In this document: positions 8,295-15,684 of the stretch, one piece after another
Position numbering within the stretch: position 1 is the first letter of the stretch
Layout of the letters: every line of letters begins with the position of its first letter
Origin: Promethearchaeia archaeon
GTDB lineage: Archaea > Asgardarchaeota > Lokiarchaeia > Sigyniarchaeales > SOKP01
NCBI GenBank assembly: GCA_029856105.1
Contig: JAHQWH010000214.1
Span: 1 to 15,684, forward strand
DNA: 15,684 bases
Direction: 5' to 3'
Position numbers and translations under genes: made by a program
Notes under the pieces: generated by a model
Database searches by the model: none
Seen by the model: the letters and a program-made list of their open reading frames with translations, nothing else
What the model was told of the DNA's origin: nothing

Positions 8295-8936
8295 ATGAAC
8301 GAAAATCTGAATGCACAAAAAAAATGTCCCGCATGTGGCAAAGAAAATAATTTAGAGTCCAAATTTTGCAAATTTTGCGGAGCTAATATGGATACATTTG
8401 ATTTTCAAACCTTTGAAATATCTCAGACTATGAGATTTAGAAAAAACTGTTTTTCAATTTGCTGTATAATTTTTATTGTTTTAATATTTTACTTATCTTT
8501 AGTGGTATTTCCAAATAATATGGACCCTTTAATGGCATTGGTTGCGTCAGCTCTTTTTATAGTACTCCTTGGAGGATCTAGTTTCATTAGTTTGTTATAC
8601 ATTTTATGGTTGTATCGTGATTCGGGTGTTCGTAGGATTTTTTCCATTTCACCTAAAAGCATTAAAATAGTGCTTCCAAAAGAACTGGTTTTTGAAGTTA
8701 ATTGGTCCGAATTCGATTTAATTCAATTACATAAATATAGTGGCTCTCACAATAATAAATCATATAGATTTTACTTCATTTCAAATGATGAAGTATATAA
8801 AGAGGTTCTTATTGAAGGATCATTGCATTTTAGTGGGGCAAAATGTAGAGCAATTGTATCTCAAATGAAAAAATACGCAGCAAAAATGAATAAACAATTT
8901 ATTAGGGGCAAAAGAAGAAAAAAGAAGAAAAAGTAA
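8295..8936 (+). CDS. Zinc-ribbon-containing 2-TM membrane protein
   Basis: CPACGKEN...FCKFCG zinc ribbon, two hydrophobic helices, a beta-rich C-terminal domain (ISPKSIKI...EVNWSEF, bacterial-PH-like pattern) and a KRRKKKKK terminus. ATG 8295 preferred over TTG 8286. Confidence 0.75.
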   Translation: MNENLNAQKKCPACGKENNLESKFCKFCGANMDTFDFQTFEISQTMRFRKNCFSICCIIFIVLIFYLSLVVFPNNMDPLMALVASALFIVLLGGSSFISLLYILWLYRDSGVRRIFSISPKSIKIVLPKELVFEVNWSEFDLIQLHKYSGSHNNKSYRFYFISNDEVYKEVLIEGSLHFSGAKCRAIVSQMKKYAAKMNKQFIRGKRRKKKKK

Positions 8937-8992
8937 GTGTTTGTCGTTAGGGTAAATTTTATTTAAAATTGGGTGACGAATTATTTTAAAAA

Positions 8993-10072
8993 CTATTTTC
9001 TTTTTATTTTCAAATCTTTTTCAAAAAAGCCAGATGATATTAAATTCTTTTTTTGTTCATCAAAATGAGTATAAATTTCAATAGGCTCAATTTTTTTTAC
9101 TTGGTCAATTATATTTTTTCTATAATTAAGTAATCTCTTGCGAGTTAGATAAATTGAGTATTCGGATATGTCGCTTCCGATCCATCTTCTATTTAATTTA
9201 TCGGCAACTAGTAAAGTTGTTCCAGAACCACAGAAAAAGTCGGCTACTAGATCCCCTTCATTGCTTCCAATTTTAATTATTCGTTCGAGCAAATCGTGGT
9301 GCTTTTGCGTAGGAAACCCTGTCCACTCCTTTGAAGCAGGTTGCATGCATGGTATTTTCCACACATCGTCCATCTTTTTATCTTTTACAACCCTATAAAT
9401 AACATGCCCCTTCTCGTCTTTAGCATTTTTTAAAACACCATCAACCATTACTCTTTTTAACTGCTTTATTGGTTTTCTTCGGAGGACTCTGAGCTCATTG
9501 AAAGTATAATTAGCAGATTTAGAATAAACTAGAATATCGTCGTGAGCTCTCGGCAAATTCTTCTTCCCAGCTGAATATTTATTGTAGTAATACCAAACTA
9601 TACTGTTGACAAATCGGTTTGCTCCGAAAATTTCTTCTAACAACACTCGAACGTAATGACTTGCGTGCCAATCTAAGTGGATAAATAACAACCCGTTTAT
9701 TGACAACAATTCCCTAAATAAAACAATTCTATCACGAAGCATTTGTAAGTAAGAATCTATATCTTTGTCCCAATGATCAAAATACGCAATTGAATCGTAA
9801 TGATTCCCATTTTCTTCGATTTTGATTCTGTAATTCGTTCCTGAGAAAAAGGGAGGATCAACGTAAATTAAATCGATCTTTCCAGAGAAATTATTCGTTA
9901 AATAATGAAGCACATTGAGGTTTTCCCCCCAAAACAACATGTTTTTCCAATTACTACCTCGAAAATCTCCAATTCCCAAGTCCACGGTTTCAAAATAGTT
10001 GAGATATCTTTTTTTTAAATCCTTAACATTTTCAGAAATATTTGACTTATTTTCCCAAGTTAGTTTAACCAT
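8993..10072 (-). CDS. Site-specific DNA methyltransferase (N6-A/N4-C, beta class, Mod-like), solitary
   Basis: KIDLIYVDPPF (motif IV) precedes FPTQK and DFFCGSGTT (motif I), the beta-class order. N-terminal KLTWENK resembles Mod-like enzymes. Confidence 0.92.
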   Translation of the reverse strand: MVKLTWENKSNISENVKDLKKRYLNYFETVDLGIGDFRGSNWKNMLFWGENLNVLHYLTNNFSGKIDLIYVDPPFFSGTNYRIKIEENGNHYDSIAYFDHWDKDIDSYLQMLRDRIVLFRELLSINGLLFIHLDWHASHYVRVLLEEIFGANRFVNSIVWYYYNKYSAGKKNLPRAHDDILVYSKSANYTFNELRVLRRKPIKQLKRVMVDGVLKNAKDEKGHVIYRVVKDKKMDDVWKIPCMQPASKEWTGFPTQKHHDLLERIIKIGSNEGDLVADFFCGSGTTLLVADKLNRRWIGSDISEYSIYLTRKRLLNYRKNIIDQVKKIEPIEIYTHFDEQKKNLISSGFFEKDLKIKRK

Positions 10073-10102
10073 TATCTAATCATTTGACTATTAACTTTAT
10101 CT

Positions 10103-11386
10103 TCAGAAGATTGATAGATTGGATGTAATTATTGTTAAAAAGGTCATCGTGACTAACAGAAATATAGTTATAATAATGTAAAAGACGAGATGAATGACAT
10201 ATACTTTTTTATTTTTATCTTCTTTCAATGCTTGAGTTGAATAGAAGATCTTATTTATTATCGCAGCCGATAAACCGATGGTTATCATCAATAGAGCATT
10301 CCCTTCGTTAATTAAGGATTTATAAAATGCTGTTGCTACAAACAGAGAGGACGCACCGCCGGAAAGAAAACCGATCACAAACACAATAATGTAATAAACA
10401 AGAATATTTATTTCAAAAAAACTTAAAACGATCGATATTATTAAACCAATTAAATAAGTTCCCGAAAAGATTAAAGCGCCTTTAATTGAGAGAGGGTTTT
10501 TGATTTTATCTAAAGTTAATTGAGTTTCTTTTTTTCTTAATATTAAAAATGACCCGATTAACCCAATAAAAGATGTGATTAGAATTGGGAACAAGGCATA
10601 AAATAGTAAAGTAGGAGTAATCATTAAAACGATTATCATTCTAATTAACATAGTCTGAATTACGAGCCAAACAGCTGAGGATGATGCGCCAGCTTCCGCT
10701 AATTCAACGGTTGTAGCTTCACTATGAGCAAAGCCTCCTAAAAAAGAAATATAGTATAGATTTTTCTCACTTGTGCTCTTTAGTATAAAGTAGCTAAAAT
10801 ATTTTACAGCTAAAATTATAATGAAAACTAAAACTATTGGTTTAACATTAATTTCAAAAACCAGAAAATCGTCTGGAATTAAAATGTAAAGCAGAACTAC
10901 GATTGCTATAAATTCAACTGTTCCTGTCCATTCGATATCTTTTAATTTCCTTATTTTATAAAATTGCTTTTTCGTGGAAAGGATAATCAGAAATATTACG
11001 GAAATGGCAATGGCAAGGGTCTCATTGTAATAACATGTCGTTCCAACGACCATCGCTAATATCATTGATAGTGTAGTAGTATAACCCGGATCGTTTTCGC
11101 GAAACAATCTATAAACGCTTCCAATCAATAGAAAAACTATCATTCCTCCAAAAAACATAACAATTAACGTAAAACCCTCTGATACGGGGAGAAATTTGTC
11201 GTGTAATATAATTAAAGATGTAGAAATCATAGAAAAAAAGATGTGATCTCGGGCACCATATTGAGCGCTGACTCTTGTGCGTTCGATCCCAATAACAAAA
11301 CCACAGAAAAAGGATACGATAATTTTTAAAAATAAGATGTAAAATTCTTCTGCTGATATCGTTTGTAATAAGACTAAGTAAACCAT
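10103..11386 (-). CDS. MgtC/SapB N-terminal domain plus DUF4010 membrane protein
   Basis: GFVIGIER...GARDH (MgtC-like), PGYTT, LGGFAHSEATT, NPLSIKGALIF and GFLSG follow the MgtC-DUF4010 pattern; AGGAG upstream of the ATG. Confidence 0.85.
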   Translation of the reverse strand: MVYLVLLQTISAEEFYILFLKIIVSFFCGFVIGIERTRVSAQYGARDHIFFSMISTSLIILHDKFLPVSEGFTLIVMFFGGMIVFLLIGSVYRLFRENDPGYTTTLSMILAMVVGTTCYYNETLAIAISVIFLIILSTKKQFYKIRKLKDIEWTGTVEFIAIVVLLYILIPDDFLVFEINVKPIVLVFIIILAVKYFSYFILKSTSEKNLYYISFLGGFAHSEATTVELAEAGASSSAVWLVIQTMLIRMIIVLMITPTLLFYALFPILITSFIGLIGSFLILRKKETQLTLDKIKNPLSIKGALIFSGTYLIGLIISIVLSFFEINILVYYIIVFVIGFLSGGASSLFVATAFYKSLINEGNALLMITIGLSAAIINKIFYSTQALKEDKNKKVYVIHLVFYIIITIFLLVTMTFLTIITSNLSIF

Positions 11387-11496
11387 TTTTTATTATATCT
11401 CCTAGAGAATTGATGAAGTAATTGCGACTGTTTTAACATATGAAATTACATAGAGATTATTTACCAGAGAAATTATAAAATAAAAGAGATTAGTTT

Positions 11497-12258
11497 TTAT
11501 TCCTGATGTTTATCAATGATATCTTCTAACTCTTTATCGGAAAGGAAACCTTTGTGAGCCATAACTTCTTTAATTCCTTCAATAACTTGGGGCGCACCTT
11601 TTGATTCTTCAATATAATCCTCTAAAGATTTTATTTTGAGCTCAATCGCTTCAAGTTCTTTGTTTTTTGCGTCGAGATCATTTTTAGCTTCTATTATTTG
11701 ATTTTCCTTGCTGTTAATCTGGTCTGTCAATTCGTTTTTCAAACTTTCAATCTCAATATATTTATCTGAAATTGTTTGTTGTAGATCTTTTTTAACGCCC
11801 TCGATTTCTCTTTCTTTTTGTTCGTAGTCTTCCTTTAGATTCCCGACTTGTGGTTCTAATTCCTCTAATTTCTTCGTGGTAATTTCTAATTTGTTTTCAA
11901 ATTCTCTTATTTTTTCGTTACCAGCTTCTAATTTTTGTTCTAAGTTAGATTTGTTTGATTTCAAATTCTCAATTTCTGCTTCAATATTGATTTTTTCTTC
12001 TTTTACAGTGTCTATTTCGCTCATAGTAGTAGATAATTCTTGAGTTTTTTCAGTTAAACTTTTTTCTTTTTCTGATAATTTCTCCTTGTTATCATTTAGT
12101 TCCTTAGATAGCTTCTCTATTTTTTGTTCCCGTTGTTTTAGTTTCTGTTCTAAATCATCAATTTTTGACCTAAGATCTAATAAAAAACGCCCCTCTACGG
12201 CTTGCTTTTTATCCGGTTTCTCAGTTGCTTTAGACCAATCTATCGAAATACTTCTCAC
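11497..12258 (-). CDS. Coiled-coil protein A (head-rod-tail)
   Basis: About 190 aa of E/K-rich coiled-coil between head IDWSKA...VEGRFLLDLR and tail APQVIEGIKEVMAHKGFLSDKEL. No ATPase motifs. Confidence 0.85.
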   Translation of the reverse strand: MRSISIDWSKATEKPDKKQAVEGRFLLDLRSKIDDLEQKLKQREQKIEKLSKELNDNKEKLSEKEKSLTEKTQELSTTMSEIDTVKEEKINIEAEIENLKSNKSNLEQKLEAGNEKIREFENKLEITTKKLEELEPQVGNLKEDYEQKEREIEGVKKDLQQTISDKYIEIESLKNELTDQINSKENQIIEAKNDLDAKNKELEAIELKIKSLEDYIEESKGAPQVIEGIKEVMAHKGFLSDKELEDIIDKHQE

Positions 12259-12404
12259 ACCATTATTTATTTTTTTTATTGTATTATTTTATATTAATAT
12301 TTTTATACTACAAGATATTTAATCTTTTCAAGTTAATATTTTAATCGTAAGAAACAACTTTAAAAATAGATATCAAGATAAAAAATTTATAAAATATCAG
12401 TATA

Positions 12405-13067
12405 TTACTCAAATTCTTTAAATATCAGATCGAGCTCCTTATCAGTAAGAAAGCCTTTGTGCATCATTACCTCTCTTATTCGCTCCAAAATTATAGGTGA
12501 TGCTTTAACTTCTGAAAGCTGAGTTTCGAGCGATTTTATTTTTTCAATCAATTCCTCTGTTTCTTCTCGATTCTCCTTAACTTTTATGTTTAGGATATCA
12601 ATTTCGTTTTTTCTTTTTTCCATATCGGTTTTATTGTTTTCTATCTCTTTATCTTTGAACTTTAATTTTTGTTCCATTTCAGCTGCTTTTTCTGTCGAAA
12701 ACCTCAACTCACTTTCTAATCTTTCAATATTTTCGTTTGTTGTTAACACTTCTTCTTTAAGTTCTTCAAGTTTTGGCTTTAATCGCGTTAATTCTATATC
12801 AACATTTAATTTATCCTCAGAAACACCATCTAAATTCTTTTTAGCTGATGAAAACTTTTCACTAATTTTAACAAGGCTTTTTTCTCTACCAATTAATTTA
12901 TTTTGAGTTTCTTTTAAATTCTCTTTTGAATTTCTTAGATCTTCTTTGTACTTAACTAAATCTCTTTCTAATTCATTGATTTTAGCGCGTAAATCTAATA
13001 AGATTCTACCCTCTACCTTCTGACTTTTCTGTGGTGCTAATTCAGCACGCTCCCAATCTATGTTAAC
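12405..13067 (-). CDS. Coiled-coil protein B, paralog of A; start uncertain (frame open to 13082)
   Basis: The ORF-track call 12405..12749 is truncated. The same frame continues upstream without a stop as AEVNIDWERAELAPQKSQKVEGRILLDLRAKINELE..., matching the head of A; the tail SPIILERIREVMMHKGFLTDKEL matches the tail of A. No in-frame ATG/GTG/TTG upstream of 12749; in-frame TAA at 13083-13085. Confidence 0.8.
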   Translation of the reverse strand, partial: VNIDWERAELAPQKSQKVEGRILLDLRAKINELERDLVKYKEDLRNSKENLKETQNKLIGREKSLVKISEKFSSAKKNLDGVSEDKLNVDIELTRLKPKLEELKEEVLTTNENIERLESELRFSTEKAAEMEQKLKFKDKEIENNKTDMEKRKNEIDILNIKVKENREETEELIEKIKSLETQLSEVKASPIILERIREVMMHKGFLTDKELDLIFKEFE

Positions 13068-13322
13068 TTCCGCCCACCTTATTTATATTAAAATTTAAAA
13101 TGTAACTTTTTTTAAGTTTACTTATTCTATTCGGATCTCAAGTTTTTATTAAGATTTTTTCTTAATTATTACGACCTTATATATTGTAACTCTCTTTTTC
13201 TTTTATAAAACTTTACTATAAATATAAATTATTTATAAAGGCAATTTATTTTATCAGTTGTTACTACGATCTATTTGAATGAATTAGGTCTAGAAGTTAT
13301 TACTTAAGTTTACTTGTGAGTA

Positions 13323-14126
13323 TTGATGGTAAAAATTAACATTGGCTGTGCTGGTTGGGATTATAAGGACTGGGTGGCCTCTTTTTATCCTAAATCGCTT
13401 GAGAAATATAACCGCTTGAAATTTTATTCAGGATTTTTCGATTTAATCGAAATAAATACAACTTTTTACAATGTCCCTAAATATTCGATAGTAAAGAAGT
13501 GGAACATTCGAGTACCAGAAAAATTTAAGTATGTAATAAAAGTATGGCAGAAAATTACTCACGATTTAAAAGTTCCAAATCTTGCTTCTTTAATTTCTCA
13601 ATTTTTTTATCAATTATCACCGATACAAGAAAAAACCGTTGCTTATTTATTACAATTTCCACCTTGGTTTAAATTTACGGAAAAACACCTCAAACAACTA
13701 AATTTTTTAACCAACGAGCTTCCTTCGGGAAATAGGTATATCTTTGAATTTCGCGATAATTCGTGGTTTAAAAAAGAAATAATTTCAGAGTTTATAGCCG
13801 GTACTAAATTTATCTTAGGAACAACATACAAACCAGGGTTAAAAGCCTACTATTTACCTAACCAGGATAGATACTATATTCGGCTCATAGGTGACCGCGA
13901 ATTAACGGTGTTTAGCCACATTCAGAGAAACCAAGAGGAAAAATTAAGCGATCTTATTAAAAATGTTAATAATCTTGAGAAATCGCCTGATGTTCGCGAA
14001 ATCTTCATAATAGTCAATAATCATTTTATGGGATTTGCCCCTGAATCCGTGAACTTGTTGAAAAAGAGTTTTAATTTACCTTTTAATCAATTTAATCAAC
14101 AAAAAAGATTATCAGATTACTTTTAA
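13323..14126 (+). CDS. DUF72 (YecE-like) family protein
   Basis: IGCAGWDYKDW, IEINTTFY, LLQFPP, FEFRDNSW, YIRLIG, NNHFMGFAP. The start may be ATG 13326. Confidence 0.9.
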   Translation: MMVKINIGCAGWDYKDWVASFYPKSLEKYNRLKFYSGFFDLIEINTTFYNVPKYSIVKKWNIRVPEKFKYVIKVWQKITHDLKVPNLASLISQFFYQLSPIQEKTVAYLLQFPPWFKFTEKHLKQLNFLTNELPSGNRYIFEFRDNSWFKKEIISEFIAGTKFILGTTYKPGLKAYYLPNQDRYYIRLIGDRELTVFSHIQRNQEEKLSDLIKNVNNLEKSPDVREIFIIVNNHFMGFAPESVNLLKKSFNLPFNQFNQQKRLSDYF

Positions 14127-14214
14127 AGTGTAAGTAAGGAAATTTAAAATAAAAAAAAAAGATTAAACCAATAGTATTAAAAAATTTTAAATAATCAAAG
14201 TCTATTTTTAATTT

Positions 14215-15525
14215 ATGGATACGATTGAAAACCTAAAGAAATTAGGATTAAAAGAAAACAAGAAATATTTGATTCTGGTAATTTGGCTTCTTGTGAATAT
14301 TACAATTATCCAACTACCTTTTCAATTTTCAATTCAAATTCTTGGTAATCAAATAGATTTATTTGATTTAATAGGAATAGTAATTTACTTACCATTTTTG
14401 ACGTTCTTAGTGTTTATATTTTTGTATTCACTATTTGCTAAGAAAGACGTGAAGGAAGTTGCCGCATGGAAAATATTTTTAGCATTATTCTTAAGTCTTC
14501 CTTTAATGTTTTTTTTGATACCAATTATGGTGGGAATCTTCTTATTTTCAATATTATCTTACATTTTCTTTACGTCGTGGTTTATCTTATACGGTGCTTA
14601 TCTTACAAGTAAAAGATTAGACGATAGTTTTAAAAGACGCGTACATAGCTCATTTTACAGAAGCATTGAATTCGTTGGCGGTACTATATTTTCCTTACTT
14701 TTGTTGGCTCTATATTTATCTGAATCACAAGGTATTGGAGCTCTTATTGGTTTCACATTTACTCAAACCGTTTATGACACTTTAAATTTAGTAATAATTG
14801 TTGTTGGGCTTATAATTGTAGCGTTTATCTTAGTTGGGATTATATACATATTTAAAAAAATATTTAACGCTTGGCTAGGGATGTTTTCGCTTTCTGTTGT
14901 TATATATACTTTTTTTCTACTTGTAAAAATCTTTTTTGCGATTAAAAGCATAGGTGGAGAAAGTACATCAATAGCAACTCAATTTATTTTGTTATTTCTG
15001 GATTTATTCATAATATTATATGCAATTAGCACCTTAATGGGTTCTCAAGCCGAACTTTTAAGTAAAAGACTAAAATTTAAGCGAATTGGCGTTGATTCAA
15101 TATTAATTTGGTTAGTGTTTTCAAAAGTAGCATACGAGTTTATTCACAACTATCCATATAACTTATTTAGTGGTTTCGGTTTTGCTACTACAATTAACGT
15201 ATTAAACGATTCAATTGTAAACCTGGTTAAAAATTGGGGCGTTTTACTGTTCTTTCTTCTTTTACTAATAAGTTTAGGATTTGTTGAAATTAAGAAATAC
15301 ATCCTAAACGAAAGAGAGTTCAAAGAAAAAGTAGATAAAGAGATTAAAGATCTTTTAAGTCCTATCGATTTTATAGAAAAATTGAAAGAACCTTTGACTA
15401 CTCCAGAACCGGAAAACGAACAAGACTATGAGGATTTAGATTCAATTGAAGAAGAAACTGATCCTTTTCCAAAAGAAATTTCAGAGCAAAAAGTACCGGA
15501 TGACCAAGATTTTGACGCTTTTTAA
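14215..15525 (+). CDS. Polytopic membrane protein (~10-11 TM) with acidic C-terminal tail, unknown function
   Basis: Hydrophobic over the first ~360 aa, then a charged helix and a D/E/P-rich tail. No family recognised. Confidence 0.8.
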   Translation: MDTIENLKKLGLKENKKYLILVIWLLVNITIIQLPFQFSIQILGNQIDLFDLIGIVIYLPFLTFLVFIFLYSLFAKKDVKEVAAWKIFLALFLSLPLMFFLIPIMVGIFLFSILSYIFFTSWFILYGAYLTSKRLDDSFKRRVHSSFYRSIEFVGGTIFSLLLLALYLSESQGIGALIGFTFTQTVYDTLNLVIIVVGLIIVAFILVGIIYIFKKIFNAWLGMFSLSVVIYTFFLLVKIFFAIKSIGGESTSIATQFILLFLDLFIILYAISTLMGSQAELLSKRLKFKRIGVDSILIWLVFSKVAYEFIHNYPYNLFSGFGFATTINVLNDSIVNLVKNWGVLLFFLLLLISLGFVEIKKYILNEREFKEKVDKEIKDLLSPIDFIEKLKEPLTTPEPENEQDYEDLDSIEEETDPFPKEISEQKVPDDQDFDAF

Positions 15526-15541
15526 AATTAATTAAAAATTA

Positions 15542-15555
15542 TTTTTCTCTTTTTT
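15542..15555 (+). terminator. Putative oligo-T terminator
   Basis: TTTTTCTCTTTTTT starting 17 nt after the stop codon. Confidence 0.4.
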
Positions 15556-15684
15556 CATATTCAAATTTGTATTGTTATAAATTACAAAAGCAAGAGAGAT
15601 TAATCCCTTAATAACTAATTTTATTAAACACTAAATTAAAACTTATAATACATAATATTTGGGTGGCTTCTTAAATGAGCGATT

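Noticed and set aside
9168-9398. 76-aa plus-strand ORF
   Set aside because: Antisense to the conserved methyltransferase core.
8993-10072. Complete type III restriction-modification system
   Set aside because: No Res helicase/nuclease gene is adjacent.
12405-12749. 114-aa version of coiled-coil B starting at GTG 12749
   Set aside because: The frame is open to 13082 and the upstream part encodes the head shared with paralog A.
12086-12906. Two F/S/L-rich plus-strand ORFs (12086..12322 and 12586..12906)
   Set aside because: Typical antisense reading of E/K-rich coiled-coil codons.
11497-13082. SMC/Rad50 annotation for the coiled-coil proteins
   Set aside because: No Walker A/B, signature motif, hinge or Zn hook, and far too short.
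13643-13831. 62-aa minus-strand ORF
   Set aside because: Antisense to the DUF72 gene.
15661-15684. Possible next gene start (GGTGG, then ATG at 15675)
   Set aside because: Only three codons are visible, too little to call.

Overview
AT-rich, gene-dense prokaryotic window. It is most likely from an Asgard archaeon of the Lokiarchaeia type; this is an inference from composition, GGAG/GGTG ribosome-binding motifs, oligo-T terminators and protein styles, not from a marker gene. Left to right: (1) an unannotated minus-strand gene running off the left edge, with a Cys/His-rich Zn-finger region followed by at least 5 tandem ~60-aa PCI/UFL1-like winged-helix repeats; (2) a minus-strand cluster of a CcdA/RcnA-like membrane protein and two paralogous GT87/DUF2029-type glycosyltransferases that flank a secreted, C-terminally anchored CxxC protein; (3) a plus-strand haloalkane dehalogenase, a fucose/arabinose-isomerase-family gene and a Zn-ribbon membrane protein; (4) a minus-strand solitary beta-class DNA methyltransferase, an MgtC/DUF4010 protein and a tandem pair of paralogous head-rod-tail coiled-coil proteins, one about twice as long as the ORF track shows and lacking a canonical start codon; (5) a DUF72 protein and a polytopic membrane protein with an acidic tail. 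I saw no rRNA, tRNA, CRISPR array or mobile element.
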